Shown here: piece by piece, positions 1 to 10,506 of the stretch | Layout of the letters: every line of letters begins with the position of its first letter | Numbering within the stretch: the first letter of the stretch is position 1 | Origin: an uncultured Eubacteriales bacterium | GTDB taxonomy: Bacteria > Bacillota > Clostridia > Lachnospirales > Lachnospiraceae | Reading direction: 5' to 3' | DNA length: 64,000 nt | NCBI GenBank assembly: GCA_900539455.1 | Contig: UQCD01000003.1 | Span: 41,485-105,484, forward strand | Notes under the pieces: generated by a model | The model's database searches: none | Seen by the model: only the letters and a program-made list of their open reading frames with translations | Told to the model about the DNA's origin: nothing | Program-made: the position numbers and the translations under genes

Positions 1-943
1 GGGTTGTAGCACCAATACAATGAAGCTCGCCTCTTGCAAGCATTGGCTTTAACATATTGCCTGCGTCCATAGCTCCGTCTGTTTTACCTGCGCCAACAAT
101 AGTATGCAGCTCATCAATAAACAGAATAATTTTTCCTTCTGACTTTTTGACCTCTTCCAGTACAGCCTTAAGTCTTTCTTCAAATTCGCCTCTATACTTA
201 GCGCCTGCAACTAATGCGCCCATATCCAGTGCGAAAATAATTTTATCCTTAAGTCCCTCTGGTACATCGCCTTGTACAATACGCTGTGCCAGACCCTCGA
301 CTGCTGCTGTTTTACCAACACCAGGCTCACCTATAAGTACAGGATTGTTTTTAGTCTTTCTTGAAAGAATTCTGATAACATTTCTTATTTCGCTGTCCCT
401 GCCAATAACCGGGTCAAGCTTTTGCTGTCTGGCTCTTTCAACTAAGTCAACACCATACTTTGTAAGAGTATCATAGGTATCCTCTGGATTGTCCGAGGTA
501 ACTCTCTGATTTCCTCTTACATCTGCTAATGCCTTAAGGAAATTATCCTTTGTAATATTGTAGTTTTTGAAAAGCTCCTTTATAGCCTTATTTGGATATT
601 TAATAAGTGCAAGCATTAAATGTTCAACTGATACATAGTCATCGTTAAACTGCTTTAGCTCGTCCTCTGCTGAAATAAGTACACGATTTAAGTCGTTACT
701 TATACGCAAATCTCCTCCTTGCACCTTTGGTTTTTTATCTATAAGATTTTTAACTGAATTCTTAAAAGAATTTAAGTCTAGTCCCATTTTCTCTATCATT
801 TTGCCAATCAGACCATCATCTTGATTTGCTAGTGAAAAGAGCAAATGTTCCTGATCAATCTCTTGATTGCCAAATTCATATGCAAGCTTCTCACAATTAT
901 TTATTGCTTCTAGTGACTTTTGTGTAAATTTGTTGATGTTCAT
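1..943 (-). CDS. clpB: ATP-dependent chaperone ClpB, N-terminal part only. The gene continues past the window start; the start codon is the ATG whose complement lies at 941-943.
   Basis: Reverse-strand translation from 943 gives [45 protein letters not shown]... (Clp N-repeat) and then the first AAA+ Walker [21 protein letters not shown] lies 7 nt upstream. The ORF is not in the supplied track because it runs off the window edge. Confidence 0.85.
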   Translation of the reverse strand, partial: MNINKFTQKSLEAINNCEKLAYEFGNQEIDQEHLLFSLANQDDGLIGKMIEKMGLDLNSFKNSVKNLIDKKPKVQGGDLRISNDLNRVLISAEDELKQFNDDYVSVEHLMLALIKYPNKAIKELFKNYNITKDNFLKALADVRGNQRVTSDNPEDTYDTLTKYGVDLVERARQQKLDPVIGRDSEIRNVIRILSRKTKNNPVLIGEPGVGKTAAVEGLAQRIVQGDVPEGLKDKIIFALDMGALVAGAKYRGEFEERLKAVLEEVKKSEGKIILFIDELHTIVGAGKTDGAMDAGNMLKPMLARGELHCIGATT

Positions 944-1079
944 ATGCTCCTCCTTCTCAAACAAATTTTAATATGTTTGTGGTTTTCTTGTAAGCATAAA
1001 ATATCACTTCTTATTAGCACTGTCAAGAGGTGAGTGCTAATTATTTTATAAAAAAAATATAAACTTTTTTTCACACCCC

Positions 1080-1784
1080 TTATTTATGAAAAGTAGCCGA
1101 AATAGCTGTAAACATTCTCTCCTTTACCCCTGGATTTTCCTTATTTATTTCACTTATAAGCTTTTTAATATATTCTCTCTTTGTGTGTCCGTCTACCGGG
1201 CAGGGATTTTTTGCAACAGGCAGCTGATACTTGTTTTTAAAGCCAATTACCTCTGCCTCACTTACATACATCATTGGTCTAAGCACATAAAGCCCTGTCT
1301 TTTCAAGATGTGTAACAGGTGCAAAGGAATTAATTCTGCCTTCATATATAAATGACATCATCATAGTTTCTATAATATCGTCCTTATGATGAGCATATGC
1401 TATTTTATTACAGCCTAGTTCTAAGGCTTTATTATTAAGCGCTCCCTTCCGCATTTTCGCACATAAGGAACAAGGATTTTTCTCTTTTCTAATATCAAAA
1501 ACTATATTTCCAATTTCTGTCTTTTCTATATAAAAAGGAACTTCTAAGCTGTCACACAGCTCTTTTATTTTGTCCATATTCTGTATACCTAGTCCCAAGT
1601 CTACCGATATTGCAGCTAATTCATATTTTTGGGGATAAAACCTTCTCATACCACTAAGGGCATAAAGTAGAGTCAGGCTATCCTTTCCCCCCGAAATGCC
1701 TATGGCAATTTTATCCCCCTCATTTATCATTTCATAATCGTCTATTGCTTTTCTTGTATAACTATATAACTTTTGCAGCCTCAT
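1080..1784 (-). CDS. ttcA: PP-loop ATPase of the TtcA family (tRNA 2-thiocytidine biosynthesis protein-like)
   Basis: Contains the SGGKDS PP-loop motif and paired Cys motifs (CSLC, NPCPVDGH), and its length (~234 aa) is typical of TtcA-like tRNA thiolation enzymes. Confidence 0.7.
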   Translation of the reverse strand: MRLQKLYSYTRKAIDDYEMINEGDKIAIGISGGKDSLTLLYALSGMRRFYPQKYELAAISVDLGLGIQNMDKIKELCDSLEVPFYIEKTEIGNIVFDIRKEKNPCSLCAKMRKGALNNKALELGCNKIAYAHHKDDIIETMMMSFIYEGRINSFAPVTHLEKTGLYVLRPMMYVSEAEVIGFKNKYQLPVAKNPCPVDGHTKREYIKKLISEINKENPGVKERMFTAISATFHK

Positions 1785-1791
1785 AATGCAC

Positions 1792-3141
1792 CTACTGTGT
1801 TTCCTGTATTTTTTGCTTCTTTAATGTATTGTAATATAATATTACTGAAAAGGCTGCTACTAAAAACTCTGTTATTCCAAAGGACAACCATACACCAGTA
1901 GAATTAAGCACCCTGCTGAGTACAAAGGCACAAGGAAGCATTATTATAATATATCTCAATAAAGATATTGCTAATGACTCCTTTCCCTTGCCTAAGCCCT
2001 CTAAGGCACCGGATACTGTTACTGAAACAGCAGAAACAATGAAGCCTATGCTAATAAGTCTTATTGCTTCTTTTCCAATATTAATGGTTTCCATATTATC
2101 TGTAAACAAACCAATCAGCACATCTGGTATAGCAAGACAAAGTATTGTTCCTATTACCATTACACCTGCAATAATTTTAAGTGCAGCATTAAATATTCCC
2201 CTAACTCTTTTCATTTCCCCAGCACCATAATTATATCCTAAAATCGGTCTCATACCCTGTACTACACCATTGGCAGTTAAATATAGGAAAGTCTGCAGCT
2301 TATAGTATGCACCCAGCACCAGCACATAACCGTCTGAAAAGCCGGATAAAATACCATTTAATACTGAAACCTGAAGAGATGGAAGTGCCATATTAAGTGT
2401 GGCTGGTATACCTATGGCATATATTTTCTTTGTCAATGTCTTATTTGCCCTTACATACCTTCTGCTAATCTTTACAGGTATTGGTCTGACAATATATATA
2501 ATAATATAACCTGCCAAGGTTGCAAGCTGTCCTATTCCGGTGGCTATAGCAGCACCCTCTATTCCAAGCTTTGGAAAGAAGCCTATACCAAATATTAACA
2601 AAGGGTCTAAAACAATATTTATAATACAGCCAAGCATCATACAAATCATTGATACCTTCATTCTGCCTACTGCCTGAAATATTTTCTCAAAGCTTATAGA
2701 TATTGATATTGGTATTGAAAACGCAAACACAATATTTGAATATCTGATACCTAAATCTATTACATTTGAATTTTTTGTAAAGGCTTGCAAAAAATACGGA
2801 ATAATGCAAATACAGCCAACAGTAAGTAAAATACCGTGGATAATATTAAATAACATTCCTAGTGAAGCTGAAATATTTGCTATATGCTCCTTTTTTGCGC
2901 CCAGATAAAACGCAATAACAGCATTTATTCCTATTCCAAAGCCAACTGTTACTGCATTTACAATATTTTGTACTGGATAAACAAGCGATAAGGCAGTCAT
3001 TGCATCATCACTTATTTTAGCCACAAAATAGCTATCTACAATGTTATACAAGGCATTTACTAACATTGAGATAGTCATAGGCAATGCCATTGATATTACC
3101 AATGGCATTACCGGTTTTTCCTTCATAAATTCTTGATTCAT
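1792..3141 (-). CDS. MATE family efflux transporter. The maximal ORF extends to 3228, but that N-terminal extension is probably not translated.
   Basis: The product is 12-TM-like and hydrophobic throughout. The start region FMKEKPVMPLVISMALPMTISMLVNALYNIVD matches the conserved MATE N-terminus. The maximal ORF begins only 30 nt after the histidine kinase stop and has no RBS. The internal ATG at 3141 (MNQEFMKEKPV) fits better, but the exact start is uncertain. Confidence 0.8.
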   Translation of the reverse strand: MNQEFMKEKPVMPLVISMALPMTISMLVNALYNIVDSYFVAKISDDAMTALSLVYPVQNIVNAVTVGFGIGINAVIAFYLGAKKEHIANISASLGMLFNIIHGILLTVGCICIIPYFLQAFTKNSNVIDLGIRYSNIVFAFSIPISISISFEKIFQAVGRMKVSMICMMLGCIINIVLDPLLIFGIGFFPKLGIEGAAIATGIGQLATLAGYIIIYIVRPIPVKISRRYVRANKTLTKKIYAIGIPATLNMALPSLQVSVLNGILSGFSDGYVLVLGAYYKLQTFLYLTANGVVQGMRPILGYNYGAGEMKRVRGIFNAALKIIAGVMVIGTILCLAIPDVLIGLFTDNMETINIGKEAIRLISIGFIVSAVSVTVSGALEGLGKGKESLAISLLRYIIIMLPCAFVLSRVLNSTGVWLSFGITEFLVAAFSVILYYNTLKKQKIQETQ

Positions 3142-3258
3142 ATTATCTATTTTCTGCCTGTTCTTCAAATTTCTCTCTAACATTCTGTGGGCATTCCAAT
3201 CTGGAGCCAGAGATATAATGCAAAGCAAGGTAATATTATCACACTAAAAAAATAAAGT

Positions 3259-5829
3259 CTATATTTGCCGCAACAGCGTGTAAAGTAATTTATTTAATTT
3301 TGATACTTCAACAGGCTTAGATATACTGCCTGTCATTCCCGCTTCCTTTGCTTTTTTTAAGTCATCAGAAAAAGCATAGGCTGACATTGCTATAATAGGA
3401 ATATTTTTCATATCCTCTCTTTGCATTTTTCTGATTATCCTTGTAGCCTCATAGCCATTCATAACTGGCATTTGTATATCCATAAAAATAATATCAAAAT
3501 AGTTTTCTTCACTTTCTATTATTTTTTCTATTGCTTTTTCGCCATTTTCCGCTACCTCCACCTGAATACCTACTACTCCTAATAATTCCTTTCCTATTTC
3601 TATATTTGACTCATTGTCTTCAACTAATAAAACTCTCTTACCAGAATAATTATTCTTAGTATAATTAGATATTTCATCATCCTTTTCCTTTATTTCCTCA
3701 GGTTGTTCTTTATTAATTTTTAAGTACACATCAACTTTAAACCTTGAGCCTTTACCTAAAGTGCTTTCAACCTCAATATCTCCACCCATAAGCTTTGCAA
3801 TATTTATAGCAATAGCCATACCAAGCCCTGTGCCTTCAGTAGCTCCACTTTCATCAGCTCTGGCAAAAGGTTCAAAAATTCTTTCTATGAATTTCCTATC
3901 CATACCTATTCCATTATCCTCGAAAACAAACTGATAATATCCCTTGCTTGAAATGCCTGAATCCTTTTCCTCAACAGATATTTGTATGTTTCCGGAGGTA
4001 TTTGAAAATTTCACTGCATTTCCAATAATATTGACAAATATTTGCTGTAATCTTCTTTCATCACCTATTACACTATTATTTATAAGTCTTTTTACAGTAA
4101 AATCTGCAGTCATATTTTTCTCCTGTAACTGATTTTGAAATAGTGATATTATGCTCTCTAATACCTCTATAATTTCAAATTTGTCCTCACATAACTGTTC
4201 CTGACCATTTTCAATTTTTGACATATCTAAAACATCATTAATAAGAGCAAGTAAATGCTTACCAGACATTGAGATTTTTTTTAAGGAATCCTTTACCTTT
4301 TCCTTATTATCTATATTCATTGTAGCTACTGCCGTCATTCCCAGAATTATATTTATAGGAGTTCTTATGTCATGGGACATTCTGGATAAAAAGTCACTTT
4401 TTGCCTTATTTGCAATTTCAGCTCTCTTTGCTGCCATTTTTAAAAGTTCTTGTCTATCCTTCTCCTCCTTAATCATTATCTCAATACTTCTTATAGCTAA
4501 GGTTGCACTAACAGGCTTATTTTCATTATCACGGTCTGCTATAGTAATGGTGTTTAAACACCATTCATATTCACTTTCATTTCCAACGGATTGTCTTTTA
4601 TATTTAATCTCTATGGAATCTTTATGCAATAATTCCTTAACTATATTTTCTATACTTAAAAAAGACAATACCTCCTCAGCATTTTCATTTTTAATTCTTC
4701 CACTAAATAAATGCTTATCCACTGCCTCTTTATAGTCACCTATCTCATTTTCACTATTTAGTTCAGGATACACCATTCTATAAGTACCTGTTAATAAGTC
4801 CAAATAATATATCTCCCTATAGGATACTGCCAGACTATTAGTTGCCTTTTCATAAATATGTGCTGCATATTCCACTTTCTTTTTTTCATTTTCCAGCTTT
4901 TCCCGCTTCTTATCATTTATATAATCTCTAAATGCCATTATTGTTACACTTAAAACCCCAAGAGAAAATACTGAGAAGATAACTATATATAAATTACTTA
5001 TTCCGTGAAATATATTACTATAAGGGGTTGTAAGCACAGCAACCCAGCCATTTTCCAATCTATGGTAATATATATTTTTTCTGCTTCCATCTATATCCCT
5101 AACTACATCCGGTAATGTATTATCCTTTATTTGCTGGTAAAAGCTATCAACAAACCCCTGATAATCCTTATCCTCTTTATAGTTTTCTGCCTTAAAATAT
5201 ATTATTTTTCCATCTCTATCGCATAAATAGTAGGTCACACCAACAGGCAGTTCCCCAAAATCTAATTGGTCTGTTATTTCATCTATGTATACATCTATAG
5301 CCAATATACTATCAGATTTGTCTACCCGTTTTGCTATAGTTACATTTTTTCTTCCTGTTCTCACATCATTATATACATCTGTGAATATTATCTCTCCATC
5401 TGCCTCCATTCCCTCCTTATACCATACTGTATTTTTATAATCATACCCTGGAAAATCCTCCAGTTCTGGATTATTTGATATTATCTGTCCCTCTACAATT
5501 CCATACACCTCAATATCACCTTTATCAACTAAGCTGGATATACCATTAAGATATGGATATAAGCCCTCCTTTATTTCTGTTACGCCTGCTCCCTGCTCCT
5601 GTTTTTCATAAATAAACTGGGTACAAAGACTTAGAATAGTTTTATAGATTTTAATGCTGCCTTCCTCACTGTTAGCATAGTCGCTAATAACATAACCGCC
5701 CATTTCATCAGAATTTTCACGCAACAGATTACTAACATACATCATACAAAGTGACATATATAATGTTATTATTACGACTGTTAATAAGTTAATTCTTATT
5801 TTTTTTAAAATAATCCTCTTTTTACTCAT
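3259..5829 (-). CDS. Hybrid sensor histidine kinase/response regulator. The domain order is a TM helix, a ~280-aa extracytoplasmic domain, a second TM helix, a PAS-like linker, HisKA, HATPase and a C-terminal REC domain.
   Basis: H-box SHDIRTPIN; G-boxes DNGIGM and GTGLGMAI; receiver motif VLLVEDN...DIIFMDIQMP...IIAMSA. The maximal ORF (to 5874) starts with TTG, so the first in-frame ATG (MSKKRIILKK..., 5829) is preferred. Confidence 0.8.
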   Translation of the reverse strand: MSKKRIILKKIRINLLTVVIITLYMSLCMMYVSNLLRENSDEMGGYVISDYANSEEGSIKIYKTILSLCTQFIYEKQEQGAGVTEIKEGLYPYLNGISSLVDKGDIEVYGIVEGQIISNNPELEDFPGYDYKNTVWYKEGMEADGEIIFTDVYNDVRTGRKNVTIAKRVDKSDSILAIDVYIDEITDQLDFGELPVGVTYYLCDRDGKIIYFKAENYKEDKDYQGFVDSFYQQIKDNTLPDVVRDIDGSRKNIYYHRLENGWVAVLTTPYSNIFHGISNLYIVIFSVFSLGVLSVTIMAFRDYINDKKREKLENEKKKVEYAAHIYEKATNSLAVSYREIYYLDLLTGTYRMVYPELNSENEIGDYKEAVDKHLFSGRIKNENAEEVLSFLSIENIVKELLHKDSIEIKYKRQSVGNESEYEWCLNTITIADRDNENKPVSATLAIRSIEIMIKEEKDRQELLKMAAKRAEIANKAKSDFLSRMSHDIRTPINIILGMTAVATMNIDNKEKVKDSLKKISMSGKHLLALINDVLDMSKIENGQEQLCEDKFEIIEVLESIISLFQNQLQEKNMTADFTVKRLINNSVIGDERRLQQIFVNIIGNAVKFSNTSGNIQISVEEKDSGISSKGYYQFVFEDNGIGMDRKFIERIFEPFARADESGATEGTGLGMAIAINIAKLMGGDIEVESTLGKGSRFKVDVYLKINKEQPEEIKEKDDEISNYTKNNYSGKRVLLVEDNESNIEIGKELLGVVGIQVEVAENGEKAIEKIIESEENYFDIIFMDIQMPVMNGYEATRIIRKMQREDMKNIPIIAMSAYAFSDDLKKAKEAGMTGSISKPVEVSKLNKLLYTLLRQI

Positions 5830-6129
5830 ATTTTTCCATACCTTCTGTTTCTTCCTGGTGTTATACAAAATCAAAAATTATAACAAAAAAGGTTACAATA
5901 AATATTTTATTTATTGCAACCGGACTATCTAACAAGTATAGATTCCTAGGCTTTGCGTCCTACTATCACTAATAGTTTGCCATATCTTCTATTTGTACAT
6001 CAACTCCATCATATCTGATAAATGATGCACCCATCTGTCTAGATAGTAACATTTTTATAATTTTCTGTCAATATTACACCAATTTTTAATATATTGACAA
6101 AATTTATCACTCCTGCTCTATACACTATT

Positions 6130-6561
6130 TTATATACCAGCTAATTTTCTGCCTAATTCCTTGCACTTTTCTATTGCATCATCATCTGGTGCATCCTGAC
6201 AAATAATGCCTTCCCCGTCAACTACAGTTGCTCCCTGATTTGTCATTCTATCTGTCCAATCACGCATCCATTCACCACCGCCCCAGCCATATGAGCCAAA
6301 TAAACCTATAGTTTTTCCTGATACCTTACCTTCCAGTTCTTCAACAAAAGGTTCCATTTCTGATTCCTCTAAAACCTCTGCTCCCATTGCTGGACAACCC
6401 ATTGCAAAAACATTTCCCTGTGCTAATTCGTCAGCAGATATATCAGAAACATTTACTACAACTGCTTCCTTTCCTGCCTCTGTAATTCCTTCTCCTACTG
6501 CATTTGCCATACTTTCTGTATTCCCTGACTGTGACCAGAATACAACATAAATCTTTTCCAT
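6130..6561 (-). CDS. Flavodoxin (short-chain)
   Basis: MEKIYVVFWSQSGNTESMA carries the flavodoxin FMN-binding signature (T/S-x-T-G-x-T); 143 aa. Confidence 0.85.
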   Translation of the reverse strand: MEKIYVVFWSQSGNTESMANAVGEGITEAGKEAVVVNVSDISADELAQGNVFAMGCPAMGAEVLEESEMEPFVEELEGKVSGKTIGLFGSYGWGGGEWMRDWTDRMTNQGATVVDGEGIICQDAPDDDAIEKCKELGRKLAGI

Positions 6562-6574
6562 AGATAATTGCCTC

Positions 6575-7180
6575 CTATACTGCTATTTTTTGATTATAGA
6601 TGTTAATAATATCTTTTACATTTATTCCATTTGCAAACAATACCATAAGACTATCTCTTGCTTTTTCAAATTTTCTAAATATTCTCTTTTTCTCCTCTAT
6701 ATTTTCATACACCTTCCAATATCCTGAGTATAAGAAATTCCTTCCTTCATTTTTAATAAAGCCTTCTACATCTTCAACTGGATACCCTAATACAATGCCC
6801 ATTTCGTGTGGAAAATCACTTTTATCAATATTATATTTTTTGTATCTTTCTATAAATTTATTTATAACATAAGATACATTTGTTTTTTTATAGCCTAACT
6901 CAAACAATAATCTTTTTGTTTTTTCTGCCATTAAATATTGTTCTAGTCTTTCCACATCATATAGTAATACAACTATTTTTTCAAAATTTCCCAGCAATAC
7001 CTTATGTTCAATACTTGTATTTTCTAATATTCCTACTAATGCTTCATATTCATCAGTGGGAATTATTAAAAGACTTGATGGGCGAAGACCTACTATAAAA
7101 GGGCTGCATTGTAAAATCAATTTTGTTTCAATCTCTCGAAATCCCATTTTTGCTGCCATTTCTAGAACTTCTTTACTCAT
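6575..7180 (-). CDS. DUF3793-family protein, an uncharacterised family frequently encoded next to flavodoxin in Clostridia
   Basis: A 201-aa soluble protein. The family assignment is recalled from a sequence pattern (LILQCSPF...GYPVEDVEGF) and from the conserved flavodoxin neighbour; it was not verified by a search. Confidence 0.5.
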   Translation of the reverse strand: MSKEVLEMAAKMGFREIETKLILQCSPFIVGLRPSSLLIIPTDEYEALVGILENTSIEHKVLLGNFEKIVVLLYDVERLEQYLMAEKTKRLLFELGYKKTNVSYVINKFIERYKKYNIDKSDFPHEMGIVLGYPVEDVEGFIKNEGRNFLYSGYWKVYENIEEKKRIFRKFEKARDSLMVLFANGINVKDIINIYNQKIAV

Positions 7181-7226
7181 AATACCTCCTTTACAATTAG
7201 AACATAACCTCTTTTATCATATCAAG

Positions 7227-7280
7227 AAAGGTTAGATACTACTAACTTCAGTTAATAATATCTAACCTTTTATATTTTTT
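7227..7280. terminator. Hairpin followed by a T-tract between the DUF368 and DUF3793 genes
   Basis: AAAGGTTAGATA(7227-7238) ... TATCTAACCTTT(7259-7270) are 12-bp perfect arms, followed by TATATTTTTT. An A/T-rich tract on the other side makes it a possible bidirectional terminator for the minus-strand DUF368 gene. Confidence 0.45.
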
Positions 7281-7313
7281 GTCAATGAGTATTTGCTCTA
7301 TTGATAATATTTG

Positions 7314-8201
7314 TTAATTAGTCTTTCCATTAAATACTTTTTTTAATCCCTGAATACCTAAAATAACAATTCCACCTATAATAAAAAACCAAATATTAAA
7401 GGTTTCAAAGGAAAGTGCTGGCTGTGGATTTTCCTTAAGAGAGGTTGGTCCCATAATAATTGCATAAAATGAGCCTAACATCATACCAATAATAACATAC
7501 ATAATAACTGAACGATGCTTTTCAAGTAAGTATTTTAGTCCCTTTACTACTGTAAGGACGCCAGCAATTATACCCAAGCCAAATATAAATAATGCAGGTA
7601 CATAAGTAAACTGTAAATGTAAAAATCCTGAAATTGCACTCATAATAGCCTGATAAATACCAAACACCAGCATTATTGTAGAGCCTGAAATTCCGGGCAA
7701 TACCATTGCTGATATGGCACACATAGCACCAATAAATAAAAATACACCATTTCCAAAGGTAAGGTTTGATACAGACAAATCATTTATTCCTGTAACATGG
7801 GTTGAAAGGTAAGTAACTAATACTACTATTGCAATTCCAAATAATGCAAATATACTATTTTGATATTTGCCCTTAAAGGAATCCTTCTCCTCATAAATAA
7901 TAAGAGGAATTGCAAATACAATAAAGCCCATAAACAAGGAGCTTATTGCATATATATGTTTTTCAAATACAGCCTTTATAACTATGGCAGCCATTGCCAT
8001 ACCTACAATCCAGCCACTTCCAAGTTTTAGAAGAAACACTATTGCTTTTTTTCTTTTTTCCTTATCCTTTGACACAATATTATTAAGTGAATTAATAAAG
8101 TCATCATACAAACCCATAAGGAATGCTATAGTACCACCTGAAACACCTGGCACACTATCTGCCAGTGCCATTAAAAATCCACCAATTACTTTAATTAACA
8201 T
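7314..8201 (-). CDS. DUF368-family polytopic membrane protein (candidate undecaprenyl-phosphate translocase family)
   Basis: Carries the N-terminal SVPGVSGGTIAFLMGLYDDF motif and a second internal repeat (VLPGISGSTIMLVFG), which are the hallmark duplicated motifs of DUF368. Confidence 0.75.
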   Translation of the reverse strand: MLIKVIGGFLMALADSVPGVSGGTIAFLMGLYDDFINSLNNIVSKDKEKRKKAIVFLLKLGSGWIVGMAMAAIVIKAVFEKHIYAISSLFMGFIVFAIPLIIYEEKDSFKGKYQNSIFALFGIAIVVLVTYLSTHVTGINDLSVSNLTFGNGVFLFIGAMCAISAMVLPGISGSTIMLVFGIYQAIMSAISGFLHLQFTYVPALFIFGLGIIAGVLTVVKGLKYLLEKHRSVIMYVIIGMMLGSFYAIIMGPTSLKENPQPALSFETFNIWFFIIGGIVILGIQGLKKVFNGKTN

Positions 8202-9266
8202 TTAACTATTCTCCTTTAAATATTCATCTACATATTTGAAAAATATATCCATTTCTTCGTCAGTTCCTATAGTAATTCTCACATAATCTTTTATGTTTGG
8301 TGTATTCCAATGTCTTACATAGATATCCTTTTCACGCAAGAATTCAAACATTCCTGTAATATCAATATTTTTGTTAGTTGCAAAAATAAAGTTGGTTTTA
8401 GAATCAGGGAATATAAAGCCTCTTTCAAGTAATCTTTTCTTCGTTTTTTCTCTTGTATCTATAACTTTTGCTCTTATAGTATCGAAATAAGCTTTATCCT
8501 TTACAGCTTCTGTGCCTGCCATAATAGCAGTATAATTCATTGTGTATGAATTAGTAGAAAACTTCACATCATTCATAGCTTTAATAAGATTTTTGTTTCC
8601 TATTGCAAAGCCTATTCTCATTCCTGCCATAGAACGGGATTTTGAAAAGGTCTGTACTACAAGTAAATTTTCATATTTTTCTACCAGTGGTAATGCACTA
8701 ACACCTCCAAAGTCTACATATGCCTCATCAATAATAACTACTGAATTTTGGTTTTTCTTTACTATATCCTCTATAGTATCAAGACTTTCCATAAGTGAGG
8801 TAGGTGCATTTGGATTTGGGAATATTACACCACCATTTTCCTCGTAGTAATCCTCTTTAACAATGTGAAAGTTTTCATCAAGCTTAGGTGTCTTATAAGG
8901 TATTTTATATAAGTCTGCCCACACCGGATAAAAGGAATAGGTGATATTTGGAAATAATATTGGCTTATCTGAATTAAAAAATGTCAAAAAAGCATTTGCT
9001 AATACATCATCAGAGCCAACACCAACAAATATCATATCCCTATCAACCTTATAAAAGGCTGATAATTCCTCTACAAGTGGGGCAGCCATTGTATCTGGAT
9101 ATAATCTGAATTTGTTTATGTCAATATTTTCAAGCACCTGCTTAACCTTTGGTGCTGGTGGATATGGACATTCATTTGTATTAAGCTTTACCATATTAGG
9201 CTTGTTTGGCTGTTCACCTGCCACATATGGGACTACTTTTCTAATATTATTTTCCCATGGTTTCAT
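8202..9266 (-). CDS. hisC: Histidinol-phosphate aminotransferase
   Basis: KLNTNECPYPP and the class-II aminotransferase PLP-lysine region (FSKSRSMAGMRIGFA); 354 aa. Confidence 0.85.
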   Translation of the reverse strand: MKPWENNIRKVVPYVAGEQPNKPNMVKLNTNECPYPPAPKVKQVLENIDINKFRLYPDTMAAPLVEELSAFYKVDRDMIFVGVGSDDVLANAFLTFFNSDKPILFPNITYSFYPVWADLYKIPYKTPKLDENFHIVKEDYYEENGGVIFPNPNAPTSLMESLDTIEDIVKKNQNSVVIIDEAYVDFGGVSALPLVEKYENLLVVQTFSKSRSMAGMRIGFAIGNKNLIKAMNDVKFSTNSYTMNYTAIMAGTEAVKDKAYFDTIRAKVIDTREKTKKRLLERGFIFPDSKTNFIFATNKNIDITGMFEFLREKDIYVRHWNTPNIKDYVRITIGTDEEMDIFFKYVDEYLKENS

Positions 9267-9283
9267 TTGGATTTTCCTTTCAG

Positions 9284-10471
9284 CTACACCAATTTACATT
9301 CTTTTGCAAGCTTTTCAAAAGCTGGTATTGAGTTTACTATAGTTTCGTAGGAAACGCAATATGCAATTCTTACATAACCCTTGCATGCAAAGGATGAGCC
9401 TGGAACTAATAAAAGGTTGTATTTCTTTGCCATATCACAAAAATCCTTTTCCTCAACTGGTGTTTTCATAAACAGATAAAAAGCACCCTCTGGCTTTATA
9501 CATTCAAAGCCCAATTTTTTCAAGGCCTCGTATAGTGTCTGTCTATTTCTGTCATAGTAATCAATATCTGTCTTTTCATCAAGCACCTTTGCTACTGCTC
9601 TTTGCATAAGTGAAGGAGCGTTAACAAAGCCTAATATTCTGTTTGCTATTGAAGCAGCCTGAAATACATTTTCATAATCAGGCATTTCGCTAGGAATTAC
9701 AAGGTAGCCTATTCTTTCTCCTGGCAATGATAATGACTTACTATATGAATATCCAACTATAGTATTTTTATAGTACTTTGTAAGATATGGAACCTCTACA
9801 CCATCATATGCCAATTCTCTGTATGGCTCATCAGAAATTAAATAAATTTCTGTATTTAATTCCCGCTGTTTTTCCTCTAGTACAGCTACAATTTCCTTAA
9901 TAACCTTTTCGCTGTATACAACACCTGTAGGATTATTTGGATTGTTAATAATTACTGCCTTTGTTTTTGGTGTTACCTTACTAGCAAGCTCTTCAATATT
10001 TGGCATAAAGTTTTCTGTATTTGGAGAAATCTCAACTATTTTTCCATCATAGTTGCTTATGTATGCTCTATATTCTAAAAAATATGGTGCAAATACTATT
10101 ACTTCGTCCTCTGGATTTAACAAGGTCTTTAAGGCTACATTTAAGCCGCCTGCTGCTCCAACGGTCATAATAATATTTTTATTTGAAAAATTTGTAGCAA
10201 ATCTTTTGTTTAATGACTGGGCTATTTTTTCTCTAACATCCTCATAACCAGCATTACTCATATAGCCATGAACAAAGGTACTGCTTTCATTGTCTAATAC
10301 CTCTTTTATTGATTCATTTAGCTTTTCAGGTGCAGCAACATTTGGGTTGCCCAGGCTAAAGTCGAAAACCTTATCTCTACCATAAATAGAGGCAAGTCTG
10401 TTTCCCTCCTCAAACATAGCTCTAATTGCTGAATTATTGTTTACGAAGCCTTTCATTTTTTCTGCTATCAT
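9284..10471 (-). CDS. PLP-dependent aminotransferase, class I/II (aspartate/aromatic aminotransferase-like)
   Basis: FSLGNPN motif and YSYSKSLSLPGERIGY PLP-lysine motif; 395 aa. Confidence 0.8.
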   Translation of the reverse strand: MIAEKMKGFVNNNSAIRAMFEEGNRLASIYGRDKVFDFSLGNPNVAAPEKLNESIKEVLDNESSTFVHGYMSNAGYEDVREKIAQSLNKRFATNFSNKNIIMTVGAAGGLNVALKTLLNPEDEVIVFAPYFLEYRAYISNYDGKIVEISPNTENFMPNIEELASKVTPKTKAVIINNPNNPTGVVYSEKVIKEIVAVLEEKQRELNTEIYLISDEPYRELAYDGVEVPYLTKYYKNTIVGYSYSKSLSLPGERIGYLVIPSEMPDYENVFQAASIANRILGFVNAPSLMQRAVAKVLDEKTDIDYYDRNRQTLYEALKKLGFECIKPEGAFYLFMKTPVEEKDFCDMAKKYNLLLVPGSSFACKGYVRIAYCVSYETIVNSIPAFEKLAKECKLV

Positions 10472-10506
10472 TGATTTATCCTTCTTTCAAATAATCTTAT
10501 AATTCC

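Noticed and set aside
57-476. 139-aa plus-strand ORF in the supplied track
   Set aside because: It lies entirely inside the minus-strand clpB coding region and is antisense to it. The product is low-complexity and there is no RBS.
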